DNA from: Nitrospirota bacterium
GTDB lineage: Bacteria > Nitrospirota > UBA9217
Direction: 5' to 3'
Assembly (NCBI GenBank): GCA_963732675.1
Contig: CAVTAJ010000013.1
Coordinates: 98,137-162,136 of the forward strand
Length of the DNA: 64,000 bases
The notes under the pieces were generated by a model. It made no database searches and was not told where the DNA came from. It saw only the letters and a list, made by a program, of their open reading frames with translations. Positions 1 through 9,331 of the stretch are shown here, piece by piece; positions within the stretch are counted from its first letter, which is position 1, and each line of letters begins with the position of its first letter. Position numbers and translations under genes: made by a program.

Positions 1-458
1 GTCTCTCGAATACGGCCGAGCTCCTTCATCGCCTTGAGCTCGTCGAGCCGGTCTGCGATCGTGCTGCGATCCGTGCTGAACAGCGCAGCAGCACGCTTCA
101 ACCGCGCGAGCATTTCCTCCGGCGGAATATAGCTCCCGCCGCTGATCACCTCTCCCTGCGGTGTAAGAATGGCGGTGCTTGGCCAGCCGCCCTGGTTATA
201 CAGCGTGTCGATATCAGGACGCAGATCGGCATCGACCCGGATGGGGATGAAATGCTCATTGATATAGGCGATGATCTCGTCGTTCGAGTAGGTGGTCTCG
301 TCCATCACATGACACCAGTGGCACCACACCGCGCTGAGCGAGAGCAGGACCAGCCTGTTCTTTTTTCGCGCCTCCTCCAGCGCCTCGGGCCCCCAGCTCC
401 TCCACTGGACCAGGTGCGCCTTGTTCGGCCGGGGCGAAAAACGAAAGTCCGACGCCAT
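1..458 (-). CDS. thioredoxin-fold DUF255/YyaL-like protein, N-terminal part; the 3-prime end runs off the window
   Basis: Absent from the ORF track because it is open at the window edge. My reverse translation from the ATG at 458 gives MASDFRFSPRPNKAHLVQWRSWGPEALEEARKKNRLVLLSLSAVWCHWCHVMDETTYSNDEIIAYINEHFIPIRVDADLRPDIDTLYNQGGWPSTAILTPQGE... The WCHWCH redox motif is typical of DUF255 thioredoxin-domain proteins. Confidence 0.7.
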   Translation of the reverse strand, partial: MASDFRFSPRPNKAHLVQWRSWGPEALEEARKKNRLVLLSLSAVWCHWCHVMDETTYSNDEIIAYINEHFIPIRVDADLRPDIDTLYNQGGWPSTAILTPQGEVISGGSYIPPEEMLARLKRAAALFSTDRSTIADRLDELKAMKELGRIRE

Positions 459-971
459 CGCATGGTGAGAAATCGAGAAAGATACTGCACACAAGAATTG
501 TGAAGAGCCTTTTCACCGGAACACGCCTTTCTTCTTGTACCCTCCCTCGCTATAGAGGAGCATGCAGGGACGGGGGTATTGATCGTTGTTCAATGATACC
601 CCATTGCCTGCGAGAAATGAAGCATCATCTATGCGTCTCATATTATTGATCGCAGCGCGATAATGCCAAATCTTCTTTCCGGGCAATGGACTGAAAATTA
701 CTATTTGAAAGATTGATTTTATGATATAGTTGGTTGACAAATGGTTCTTCCGAGCCCACAACTGTTGCTTTTTTCCTAAATTGAAGACTACGATCCGAAA
801 TTAGCGGACAATGACGGGTTAAACGACTAACAGATCTGTTCGTTGCGCATCGCATATCCTGGAGTAGTTGTCACATCGCCTCTTGTAAATAGCAATCTTC
901 CGGCGGACGCGGATTTGTGATATAGTAATCAGCCAGAAAACCATTATATTTCATTTTTGGAGGGTGGATCG

Positions 972-1333
972 ATGAACGCAATGACATTCAGGACCTTTAA
1001 AATCAAGCACCGGGCATGGAAGACGAGGCTCAAGGACTTTCTGGAGGGGAAAGGCGGCCTTACCGAAGAGCAGGCCATTTCACACAAAGGACTGCGACCT
1101 GGGCAAGTGGATGTACGCCGAGGGGATAACCCAATGCGGGACCATACCGGAGATGAAGACCCTGGAGAAGGTGCATATCAACCTGCATAATACCGTGAAG
1201 AGCATCGTGTCGCTTAAAAACCAGGGCAAGAGTCGCTGATGCCGAAGCCGAGTATATGAAGATCGGACCGATCTCCGACGAGGTCGTTGACCTGCTCACG
1301 GCGATCGAAAAGAAGGTTGCCACCATTAAATGA
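972..1333 (+). pseudogene. CZB (chemoreceptor zinc-binding) domain protein, interrupted by two +1 frame changes near 1087 and 1235
   Basis: ATG at 972 follows GGAGGG. Frame 0 reads MNAMTFRTFKIKHRAWKTRLKDFLEGKGGLTEEQAISHK. Frame 1 continues DCDLGKWMYAEGITQCGTIPEMKTLEKVHINLHNTVKSIVSLKNQGKS, which contains the H-x3-C-x-LGKW CZB signature. Frame 2 ends ADAEAEYMKIGPISDEVVDLLTAIEKKVATIK and stops at 1331-1333. Confidence 0.55.
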
Positions 1334-1623
1334 CGACTTATCCTCCTGTATGCAACGGTGCCATGGCTTGACTGCCGCGATTATCATGTTTCAATCAGAA
1401 TTTTCACGGCGATTTTCAATCGAACACCGATGCATGATTGCAGGTGTACCAAACAATCCCCAATTTGTCAATGAATGCACGATTTCAACATAAAATCTGA
1501 AGTACGATATATTTTGTCTTGCAGGGAAGCACTGTGCATGATATCGCAGGATGAATTGAAGTTCGCAGTTGCCCTGTCCAGCGCAAATCTCTTCTCCTTA
1601 CGCCCGTTATAACAACTTTCTCC

Positions 1624-1652
1624 TTGTACATCCATCCGGATTCTTGTATATT
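1624..1652 (+). promoter_or_regulatory. possible sigma70-type promoter upstream of hisC (TTGTAC-N17-TATATT)
   Basis: TTGTAC at 1624-1629 and TATATT at 1647-1652. It lies only about 10 nt before the hisC ATG, so the transcript would be nearly leaderless. Weak call. Confidence 0.25.
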
Positions 1653-1661
1653 CCCCATACT

Positions 1662-2746
1662 ATGGCCACGAAATCAGCAAAAAATAAGGACATCTCAACG
1701 CTCATCAGGCCCCAGGTGCGCAAGCTCGCGGCGTACCACGTCGACGAAACGCCGGTCCGCATCAAGCTTGACGCCATGGAGAACCCGTTCCTCATGCCCG
1801 AAGCAGTGCGGCGAGAGATGGCTGAGGTCGTCCGCAAAACACCGATCAACCTTTACCCTGATCCCTCGGCCAAAGAGGTGAAGAAGTCCATTGCCTCATT
1901 CTGGAAGATGAGGCCGGAGCAGATGATCCTCGGCAATGGTTCTGACGAACTGATCCAGGCGATCATCCTCGCCTTCGGCGGCCCGGTGCTCGTTCCCGTG
2001 CCGACCTTTGCCATGTACGAGATCACCTCCCGCGCGCTCGCGCAAAGCGTGGTCACCGTGCCGCTCGACGATCACTTTGACCTCGACGCGGACCTGGTGC
2101 TCAAGAAGGCGAAACGAACGCAAGGTGAAAGTGATCTTCCTCGCCTGCCCGAACAATCCTACGGGAAACCGTTTCTCGGACAAGGCGATCAGGAAGGTCC
2201 TGGACAATGCCAATGCCGCGGTCGTGATCGATGAGGCCTATTTCAGCTTCTCTGATAAGACCTATCTGCCGCTCCTGAAGAAGTATCCCAACATGATCAT
2301 TCTCAGGACGCTTTCGAAGATCGGCTTTGCCGGGCTCCGCATCGGCGTGCTGACGGCCTCGCAGGCCATTGTTGATGAGCTGAACAAGATCAGGCTTCCG
2401 TACAATATCAACAGCCTGTCCCAGGCGGTCGGGGTAACTGCGCTCACAGCATAAAGATGTCATCAGCCGCCAGATTTCCCTGTTGATTTCAGAGCGGGAA
2501 AGATTATATAATGAGTTGTCAAAGCTGCGGAATGTCATTGTCTATCCGTCAGAGACCAATTTCATCATGTTCAGGACTGCTGCGGATGCATCGGGCATCC
2601 ACAGAAAGCTCAAGCAGGCCGGCATCCTTATCAAGAACCTGAACAAGCCGGGCCCGCTCAAGAACTGCCTGCGGGTGACCATCGGGACGCCTGAAGAGAA
2701 CAAGGTGTTTCTTGCCGCACTGAAAACGATATTGAGTGCGACTTGA
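1662..2746 (+). CDS. hisC: histidinol-phosphate aminotransferase, broken as sequenced by two frame changes (about 2110-2122 and 2440-2452)
   Basis: Three ORF-track pieces join in order: MATKSAKNKDISTLIRPQVRKLAAYHV...GNGSDELIQ..., then KVKVIFLACPNNPTGNRFS...LRTLSKIGFAGLRIGV..., then HKDVISRQISLLISERERLYNEL...CLRVTIGTPEENKVFL. These are class-II aminotransferase motifs. The summed length is about 361 aa. Confidence 0.9.
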
Positions 2747-2873
2747 TAAGCACCAGATAATAAGCATCAAACCCAAATAAATTCAAAGCGCCAGGAACCA
2801 ATTGTCTAAACTGTTGGATTGTTGAAATTCGGTTGTTATTTACAATTTGGAATTTGGAATTTAAGGATGCCAT

Positions 2874-3464
2874 ATGCCTCGTAAAACCACGATCGAACGC
2901 AAGACCAAAGAGACGGACATCAAAATATCGCTGAACCTTGACGGGACCGGCCAGTACAGCATCAAGACCTCGGTGCCGTTCATGGACCACATGTTCTCGC
3001 ACATTGCCAAGCACGGCTTCTTCGACCTGACGATCAAGGCAAAGGGCGACACGGAGATCGACGACCACCACACCGTGGAAGACCTCGGCATCGCCTTCGG
3101 CCAGGCGCTCAAGAAGGCGCTCGGGGACAGCAAGGGCATCCGCCGTTACGGCGAGGCGACCGTGCCCATGGACGAGACGCTCGCGCAGGTGGTCATGGAC
3201 CTCTCCGGCAGGCCGTATCTCGTGTACCAGCTGGACCTGCCGAAGAAATACAAGCTCAAGGACTTCGATCCCGGACTTGCCGAGGACTTCTTCCGCTCTG
3301 TTGCCAACCACGCAGGCATGAACCTCCACATCCGCATACTATATGGCCGCGATGTCCACCACATGCTCGAAGGCATCTTCAAGGCCTTCGGCCGCGCCCT
3401 GGACCAGGCCACCAGCCTGGACCCGAGGATCAAGGGCGTGCTCTCGACAAAAGGAAAAATATAG
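2874..3464 (+). CDS. hisB: imidazoleglycerol-phosphate dehydratase
   Basis: Intact 196-aa ORF: [79 protein letters not shown]... Confidence 0.95.
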   Translation: MPRKTTIERKTKETDIKISLNLDGTGQYSIKTSVPFMDHMFSHIAKHGFFDLTIKAKGDTEIDDHHTVEDLGIAFGQALKKALGDSKGIRRYGEATVPMDETLAQVVMDLSGRPYLVYQLDLPKKYKLKDFDPGLAEDFFRSVANHAGMNLHIRILYGRDVHHMLEGIFKAFGRALDQATSLDPRIKGVLSTKGKI

Positions 3465-3483
3465 AATCGAAAAATTCTCTTTA

Positions 3484-3567
3484 GGGGAAATGGGGAAACA
3501 GGGAGAAATGGAGAAAAATCACCATCTGAACACTTCTCCCTTTCGCTGTTTAATTCCCCCTGTCTCC
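3484..3567. repeat. heptad-hairpin element, GGGGAAA/TTTCCCC word type, in the hisB-hisH spacer
   Basis: Left arm GGGGAAATGGGGAAACAGGGAGAAATGGAGAAAAA. Right arm TTCTCCCTTTCGCTGTTTAATTCCCCCTGTCTCC. The two arms are imperfectly complementary. Confidence 0.8.
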
Positions 3568-3584
3568 AAATTTAAGGTTTAGTC

Positions 3585-4224
3585 ATGATCGCGATCATCG
3601 ATTACGGAATGGGAAATCTCAGGAGCGTCCAGAAGGGCTTTGAACACACCGGCCATGCGGCCGTGGTCACCAGCGACGCGAAGACGATCCTGAATGCGGA
3701 CAAGGTCGTGCTGCCCGGCGTGGGCGCGTTCTCCGATTGCATGAAGAACCTTGAGCAGTACGGCCTCATCGATGCCGTGCGCACAAGCATCAGCTCCGGC
3801 AAGCCCTTTCTCGGGATCTGCCTGGGCCTGCAGCTGCTCTTCACGGAAAGCGAAGAGTTCGGGACATCGAAAGGCCTGGACATCATTAAAGGCCGCGTGG
3901 TCCGTTTCAAGGGACCTGTATTCGAAACTCCGAACTCCGAACTCGGCACGTTGAAGGTCCCGCACATGGGCTGGAACTCACTTACCTTCAAGAGGCGGCC
4001 GCCTGCGCTCAGCGGACGTTCCCGAGAACAGCCATGTGTATTTCGTGCACTCGTTCCATGTCGTGCCCGATGACAAGGCCGTGATCGCGACCACCACCCC
4101 GTACGGCATCGAGTTCGTCTCGAGCATCTGGAAGGACAACATCCTCGCGGTCCAGTTCCATCCCGAGAAGAGCCAGGCGCTGGGGTTGTCGATCCTGAAA
4201 AGATTCGGGGAACAGAAAGGATAG
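3585..4224 (+). CDS. hisH: imidazole glycerol phosphate synthase, glutamine amidotransferase subunit; one frame change near 4017
   Basis: MIAIIDYGMGNLRSVQKGFE...VLPGVGAFSDCM...GKPFLGICLGLQLLF...LKVPHMGWNSL continues in the +1 frame as VPENSHVYFVHSFHVVPDDKAVIATTTPYGIEFVSSIWKDNILAVQFHPEKSQ. Confidence 0.9.
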
Positions 4225-4226
4225 AT

Positions 4227-4380
4227 TTCACCACAGAGGGCACAGAGAAGAAGACTATAATTCTGACAGGATCATATGACTCAGCACGAAACAAGAGACG
4301 TTATAGCACTAACCAAGAATGCCTTTCTTCGTGCTTTGTGCTTCTTCTCAATGCATTATCTCTGCGTCCTCTGCGGTAAA
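4227..4380. repeat. heptad-hairpin element, CACAGAG/CTCTGYG word type, in the hisH-hisA spacer
   Basis: Left arm TTCACCACAGAGGGCACAGAGAAGAAG. Right arm GTGCTTTGTGCTTCTTCTC...CTCTGCGTCCTCTGCGGTAAA. Confidence 0.8.
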
Positions 4381-4397
4381 TTTTTTTTGAGGTTTTC

Positions 4398-5306
4398 ATG
4401 CTTATCATTCCCGCCATAGATCTTAAAGAAGGCAAATGCGTCCGCCTTGAACAGGGGCTCATGGACAAGGCCACGGTCTATTCCGACGACCCCGCGACCA
4501 CGGCACGGCACTGGGAATCCCAAGGTGCCGAGCTTCTGCATGTCGTGGACCTGAACGGCGCTTTTGCGGGCGTGCCGAAGAACCTCGACGCCATCAAGGC
4601 GATCCGCGCTGCCATCAAGATCCCGATCGAGGTCGGGGGCGGCATCCGCGACCTGGCCACGATCAGGACCCTCGTCTCGATCGGCATAGACCGCATCATC
4701 CTCGGCACTGCTGCGATCGAAAATCCTTCCTTTGTTCAGGAAGCCTGCAGAGAATTCCCCGGCAGGATCATCGTGGGAATCGACGCAAAGGAAGGTCTTG
4801 TGGCGATCAAGGGCTGGGCAGAGGTCACGAAGGTGCAGGCCGTCGACCTCGCACGACAAATGCAGGAGTATGGCGTCATCGCCGTCATCTATACGGACAT
4901 CAAACGCGACGGCATGCTGTCGGGCCCGAACATCGAGGCAACGCAGGCGCTCGCGAAGGCGCTCCATATCCCGGTCATTGCATCGGGCGGCGTGCATACG
5001 ATGAAGGACATTGAGGACCTGCTTGCAGTGCGCCACTCCGGCGTGAGCGGGGTCATCACCGGAAAAGCGATCTACAGCGGATCGCTGAATTTAAAAGAAG
5101 CCATCACGTTTGTCAAGCTGAATGATAACCAGTGCGCCGAGATAAAATTCATTTTCAGCGCAAAGCCGCTAAGCTCGCAGAGAACGGCTTCAAGACAAAA
5201 GAATGCATTGCTTTTCTTGGCGTCTTTGCGCCTCTGCGAGAGACGGCCTTGCCTTTATTATTTTGGAGTTATCAATGTTAACCAAACGCATCATACCCTG
5301 CCTTGA
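4398..5306 (+). CDS. hisA: ProFAR isomerase. The HisA barrel ends near 5118, but the ORF as sequenced runs on about 60 codons through a repeat element into hisF.
   Basis: [20 protein letters not shown]...[10 protein letters not shown]...IEVGGGIRD...IASGGV...[19 protein letters not shown]. The tail [32 protein letters not shown] is a translation of the repeat at 5158-5248. Confidence 0.9.
   Translation: MLIIPAIDLKEGKCVRLEQGLMDKATVYSDDPATTARHWESQGAELLHVVDLNGAFAGVPKNLDAIKAIRAAIKIPIEVGGGIRDLATIRTLVSIGIDRIILGTAAIENPSFVQEACREFPGRIIVGIDAKEGLVAIKGWAEVTKVQAVDLARQMQEYGVIAVIYTDIKRDGMLSGPNIEATQALAKALHIPVIASGGVHTMKDIEDLLAVRHSGVSGVITGKAIYSGSLNLKEAITFVKLNDNQCAEIKFIFSAKPLSSQRTASRQKNALLFLASLRLCERRPCLYYFGVINVNQTHHTLP
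5158..5248. repeat. heptad-hairpin element, CGCAAAG/CTTTGCG word type, at the hisA-hisF junction
   Basis: Left arm GCGCAAAGCCGCTAAGCTCGCAGAGAACGG. Right arm TTGGCGTCTTTGCGCCTCTGCGAGAGACGGCC. The left arm is nearly identical to the one at 51816. Confidence 0.8.
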
Positions 5307-6132
5307 CGTGAAGGCCGGGCGGGTAGTAAAAGGCGTAAGCTTCGTGAACCTGCGCGATGCAGGCGACCCCGTCGAGATCGCGAAGATCTACGACGAGCAG
5401 GGCGCGGACGAGCTCACGTTCCTCGACATCACGGCCTCCCATGAGGAGCGCGGCATCATCCTCGATATCGTGCGCCGCACGGCGGAGCAGGTCTTCATGC
5501 CGCTCACCGTGGGCGGGGGCATCAAGGTCCTGGACGATATCCGCAACCTCCTGCTCGCCGGATGCGACAAGGTCTCGATCAACACCACCGCGGTCCACGA
5601 CCCGGAGTTCATCAAGGCCGCCTCCATGCGCTTCGGCAGCCAGTGCATTGTCGTCGCCATCGACGCGAAGCAGGTGGTAGCGCATGACAAGGACTTCAAG
5701 CCCCCGCTCAAATGGGCCGGCGATCCGCAGTATCGAGGTCTGTTCCTCTCCGACTCCGAACTCCACACTCCTCACTCCGAACTCAAATGGGAGGTCTACA
5801 CCCATGGCGGCAGAAAACCCATGGGCATCGATGCCGTGGCGTGGGCAAAGAAGATGGAGGAGTACGGCGCGGGTGAGATCCTGCTCACGAGCATGGACCA
5901 GGACGGCCAGAAGAACGGCTACGACCTGGCGCTCACGCGTGCCGTGGCCGAGGCGGTCACGATACCGGTCATCGCCTCGGGCGGCGTGGGGAACCTTGAA
6001 CACATCTATGATGGATTTACAAAAGGCAAGGCCGATGCCGCTCTTGCTGCCTCGATCTTCCATTTCAGGGAATATACCATCAGGCAGGCAAAGGAATACT
6101 TGAAGGAACGGGGCGTGCCGGTCAGGTTGTAA
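5275..6132 (+). CDS. hisF: imidazole glycerol phosphate synthase, cyclase subunit
   Basis: ATG at 5275 follows [38 protein letters not shown]...LTVGGGI...VVAIDAK...[21 protein letters not shown]...IASGGVG...[10 protein letters not shown]. Confidence 0.95.
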   Translation: MLTKRIIPCLDVKAGRVVKGVSFVNLRDAGDPVEIAKIYDEQGADELTFLDITASHEERGIILDIVRRTAEQVFMPLTVGGGIKVLDDIRNLLLAGCDKVSINTTAVHDPEFIKAASMRFGSQCIVVAIDAKQVVAHDKDFKPPLKWAGDPQYRGLFLSDSELHTPHSELKWEVYTHGGRKPMGIDAVAWAKKMEEYGAGEILLTSMDQDGQKNGYDLALTRAVAEAVTIPVIASGGVGNLEHIYDGFTKGKADAALAASIFHFREYTIRQAKEYLKERGVPVRL

Positions 6133-6224
6133 GCTGCAGGCGCAGAAATGAATCGTACGCTGCCGCAACGTAAGAACAGGATATGCTGCGGTGCGTCAGT
6201 CAACGAACAGGCGGTATTCTCGTG

Positions 6225-6268
6225 AAAAAAAAGCGGCCCCGACAGATTGTCGGGGCCGCTGCTGTTTT
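6225..6268. terminator. bidirectional intrinsic terminator between hisF (+) and the small secreted-protein gene (-)
   Basis: 12-bp stem GCGGCCCCGACA / TGTCGGGGCCGC with loop GAT. An A8 run lies on one side and TGCTGTTTT on the other. Confidence 0.8.
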
Positions 6269-6286
6269 ACAAACTGGAAAGAACGC

Positions 6287-6550
6287 TTACTTCGCCTTTA
6301 CTTCGATCTCCGCTGCACGTGATTCGTACTTCACGGTCACTTTCGCTCCAACCTTCAGGTCGCCCTTGACCTTCGTGCTGGCGTCCTTGGTCATTTCGAA
6401 TTTCTCGCCGTTCTTGTCCACCACGATGACGTTGTCCTTGACCTCCAGGACCTTGCCGGTGAACTGATAGGTCTTTCCTGCGTACGACACCGATGCAACC
6501 AGGAGCATGACTACCGCACATGCCACAACCAGTACTGATAAACGCTTCAT
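6287..6550 (-). CDS. small secreted protein (87 aa), function unknown
   Basis: ATG at 6550 follows GAGGAGG. Signal peptide MKRLSVLVVACAVVMLLVASVSYA, then a beta-rich KTYQFTGKVLEVKDNVIVVDKNGEKFEMTKDASTKVKGDLKVGAKVTVKYESRAAEIEVKAK. Confidence 0.7.
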   Translation of the reverse strand: MKRLSVLVVACAVVMLLVASVSYAGKTYQFTGKVLEVKDNVIVVDKNGEKFEMTKDASTKVKGDLKVGAKVTVKYESRAAEIEVKAK

Positions 6551-6644
6551 AGAAAACCTCCTCAACGTAAGATATGAATTTTGAACCATTGTAACTATAT
6601 CGAATCCGGACCACACTGTCAAGCGCCCCGGTCTATTCGCAGCG

Positions 6645-8114
6645 TCATCGTCTCTTTCCGCTGCCGAGGATCGAGCCGAGCACCCCGCGGATGATCTGCC
6701 GTCCGATCGAGCTGCCGATGGCATGGGCTGCGCTCTTGGCCATGGCTCCGAAGAGCTTCGCAGACTCCGACTCCGGCTCGGCAGTGCGGCCACGGCGTGC
6801 CGGCGCAGCTGTCTCGGCAGCCTGTGTTTCCGTGGTCCGCTGCTTCAGCTTTTCATAGGCCGATTCGCGGTCCACCGTCTTTTCGTAGTGCCCGAACAGC
6901 ACCGATGCCTTGATGATCCCTGAGCGCTCCTCCGGAGACAGCGGGCTGAGACGGCTCCTTGGCGGACAGACCATCGCACGCTCTACCATGGTCGGGGCCC
7001 CCTTCGCGTCGAGCACCGACACAAGGGCCTCGCCCACGGCGAGTTCAGTGATCGCCTTTGACACATCGAGGCCGGGGGCTGCGCGGAAGGTTTCCGCGGC
7101 TGCCTTCACTGCCTTCTGGTCCTTGGGCGTGAATGCCCTGAGCGCATGCTGGACCCGGTTGCCCAGCTGGCCGAGGACCACCTCCGGCACATCGAGCGGG
7201 TTCTGCGTCACGAAATAGACTCCGACGCCCTTGGAGCGGATAAGCCGGACGACCTGTTCGATCTTGTCCTCGAGCGCCTTGGATGTGTCATTGAACAGCA
7301 GGTGCGCCTCGTCAAAGAAGAACACGAGTTTCGGTTTATCAGGATCGCCCACCTCCGGCAGATTTTCGTAGAGCTCCGCCAGCAGCCAGAGCAGGAATGT
7401 GGCATAGAGCGTCGGCGATTGCATGAGCTTGTCCGCGGCAAGGATGTTGATCACCCCTTTGCCGCTGGCATCGGTCTGCATCAGGTCTTCGAGGTTAAGG
7501 GCGGGCTCGCCGAAGAACGTGTTGCCGCCCTGCTCCTCAATGGCGAGCAATCCGCGCTGTATCGCGCCGATGCTGGCGGTCGAGACGTTGCCGTATTCCG
7601 TCTTGAACTTTTCCGCATTCTCCCCCACGAACTGGATCATGGCCCGGAGGTCCTTGAGGTCCAGCAGCAGGAGGCCGTTGTCGTCGGCGATCTTGAAGGT
7701 CAGCGTGAGGACCCCGCTCTGGATGTCGTTCAGGTTCAGCACGCGCGAGAGCAGCAGCGGGCCCATCTCGGAGATGGTCGCGCGGACCGGATGTCCCTGC
7801 AGGCCGAAAACGTCCCAGAACACGGTCGGGCAGCTGTCAAAGGAAAAATCGCGAATGCCAAGCTGCCTGGCGCGCTCGGCGAACTCGGGCCGGTCGCCGC
7901 CCAGCTTTGCGATGCCCGAGAGATCGCCCTTCACGTCCGCCATGAAGACCGGCACGCCGATCCTGCTGAACTGCTCGGCCATCACCCGGAGCGTAACGGT
8001 CTTGCCCGTGCCCGTGGCGCCGGCGACCAGACCGTGCCGGTTGGCCATCCGCGGCAGGATTCCGACCTCGTCCTTGCCTTTTGCAATAAGCAGAAATTCA
8101 GCTTTTTGTGCCAT
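6645..8114 (-). CDS. DUF853 / HerA-like P-loop ATPase (YjgR family)
   Basis: Intact 489-aa ORF: [49 protein letters not shown]... Walker A GATGTGKT and Walker [10 protein letters not shown]. Confidence 0.85.
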   Translation of the reverse strand: MAQKAEFLLIAKGKDEVGILPRMANRHGLVAGATGTGKTVTLRVMAEQFSRIGVPVFMADVKGDLSGIAKLGGDRPEFAERARQLGIRDFSFDSCPTVFWDVFGLQGHPVRATISEMGPLLLSRVLNLNDIQSGVLTLTFKIADDNGLLLLDLKDLRAMIQFVGENAEKFKTEYGNVSTASIGAIQRGLLAIEEQGGNTFFGEPALNLEDLMQTDASGKGVINILAADKLMQSPTLYATFLLWLLAELYENLPEVGDPDKPKLVFFFDEAHLLFNDTSKALEDKIEQVVRLIRSKGVGVYFVTQNPLDVPEVVLGQLGNRVQHALRAFTPKDQKAVKAAAETFRAAPGLDVSKAITELAVGEALVSVLDAKGAPTMVERAMVCPPRSRLSPLSPEERSGIIKASVLFGHYEKTVDRESAYEKLKQRTTETQAAETAAPARRGRTAEPESESAKLFGAMAKSAAHAIGSSIGRQIIRGVLGSILGSGKRR

Positions 8115-8307
8115 AGATCCTCCAGGGAACAGACGCCGGTTGCATAAACCTGAAACAACACGCGGACACGGAAGAAGCGGAATGGATTATTCCACAAATA
8201 AATTTGCAGCGCAAGCACTTATTGCTAAGGCCCGTGTGTTCCTGGTTCACGAGCGGCGATGTTCCCGCCCTCCCGTTCCTGAACCGGTCTGACCAACGTT
8301 TCGTAAA

Positions 8308-8348
8308 ACCAAAAGGCGGGATGAGTGTTCATCCCGCCTTTTTTATTG
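8308..8348 (-). terminator. intrinsic terminator downstream of adk
   Basis: Stem GGCGGGATGA / TCATCCCGCC with loop GTGT and T/A runs on both sides. Confidence 0.75.
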
Positions 8349-8386
8349 TTCGCTTTCCCGCTGAGCCGAAAGAAGAACCTGCTTTT

Positions 8387-8420
8387 CTCCTGACTCCTGG
8401 ATACTGTCTCCTGACTCCTG
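8387..8420. repeat. direct repeat TCTCCTGACTCCTG x2, just downstream of the adk stop
   Basis: Identical 14-mers at 8387-8400 and 8407-8420, made of CTCCTGA-type heptads. Confidence 0.7.
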
Positions 8421-8425
8421 CTGAA

Positions 8426-9080
8426 TTACTTTTTCGCCGCAATGCCCTTCTGGATCGCCTTCACCACGCCGTCGCTGCTGGCCTCGCTGATCTTGAGGAG
8501 CATGCCCTTCTTCTCGTAGTAGCCGATGAGCGGCGCGGTCTTTTCGTTGTACACATCGAGGCGCTTGCTGATGGCCTCCACGGTCTCGTCAGCGCGTTGG
8601 ATCGTGGGGTGGCCGCACTTCTTGCACTTGTCGCCGTGGGCCGGCGGGTTGCTCTTGATGTTGTAGATCTCCTGGCACGTAGCAGTTCGAGCAGGTCCTG
8701 CGCGTGGTCAATCGGTCGAGGATGACATCGCGCGGGACTTCGATGCTCGCCACGAGGTCAAGCTTGATGTTGAGCTTCTGGAGCAGCGCGCCAAGCTCAT
8801 CGGCCTGCGGTATGGTCCTCGGAAAACCGTCGAGCAGAAAACCCTTCTTGCAATCCGGCTCCTGAAGCCGCTGCTCCATGATGCCCATGATGAGTGAATC
8901 GGGCACCAGGTCGCCCCGGTCCATGTAGCCCTGTGCTTCTTTGCCGAGCGCTGTGCCGGCCTTGACCGCTCCGCGCAGAATATCGCCCGTCGAGATCTGC
9001 ACCGACCCGTCCAGTGCTGTCAACAGTTTTGCCACCGTGCCCTTGCCCGCGCCCGGTGCGCCTAAAAGAATGATCCTCAT
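8426..9080 (-). CDS. adk: adenylate kinase with a Cys4 zinc-lid; one frame change near 8670-8685
   Basis: MRIILLGAPGAGKGTVAKLL...FLLDGFPRTIPQA...RLTTRRTCSNC continues in another frame as QEIYNIKSNPPAHGDKCKKCGHPTIQRADETVEAISKRLDVYNEKTAPLIGYYEKKGMLLKISEASSDGVVKAIQKGIAAKK. Stop at 8426-8428. Confidence 0.9.
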
Positions 9081-9139
9081 GGTTACTTACCTCCTCAGCG
9101 TGAAAAATGGATTAGTGCTTCAAGTCGGCCATTATCGTA

Positions 9140-9325
9140 TTAACGGGTAAAAAAATCAAGGGAAATGTCATCATGCTTGTCGATCGCACAGGTTACCTGT
9201 CCCATGGTTATCAAGGGAGAGCCGAACCGATGTTTGAGTGTGAGGATGCGGCGGAAGCCGATCTTTTCGCCTTCGTAACAGAGGACTAGGGGACAGTTCG
9301 CGTCGTGTCTTCCACCGACGAACGA
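9140..9325 (-). pseudogene. short RadA/Sms-like relic with no start codon, in the rng-adk spacer
   Basis: My reverse translation gives ...CPLVLCYEGEKIGFRRILTLKHRFGSPLITMGQVTCAIDKHDDISLDFFTR*. It resembles the RadA segment VLYFEGE....YRILRAVKNRFGS, which I am recalling from memory. Confidence 0.35.
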
Positions 9326-9331
9326 TCCGCT

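Noticed and set aside
513-761. An 82-codon minus-strand ORF (TTG start) upstream of the DUF255 gene.
   Set aside because: No recognisable motif, no convincing RBS, and an AT-rich region that looks like a promoter/leader. Insufficient evidence to call it.
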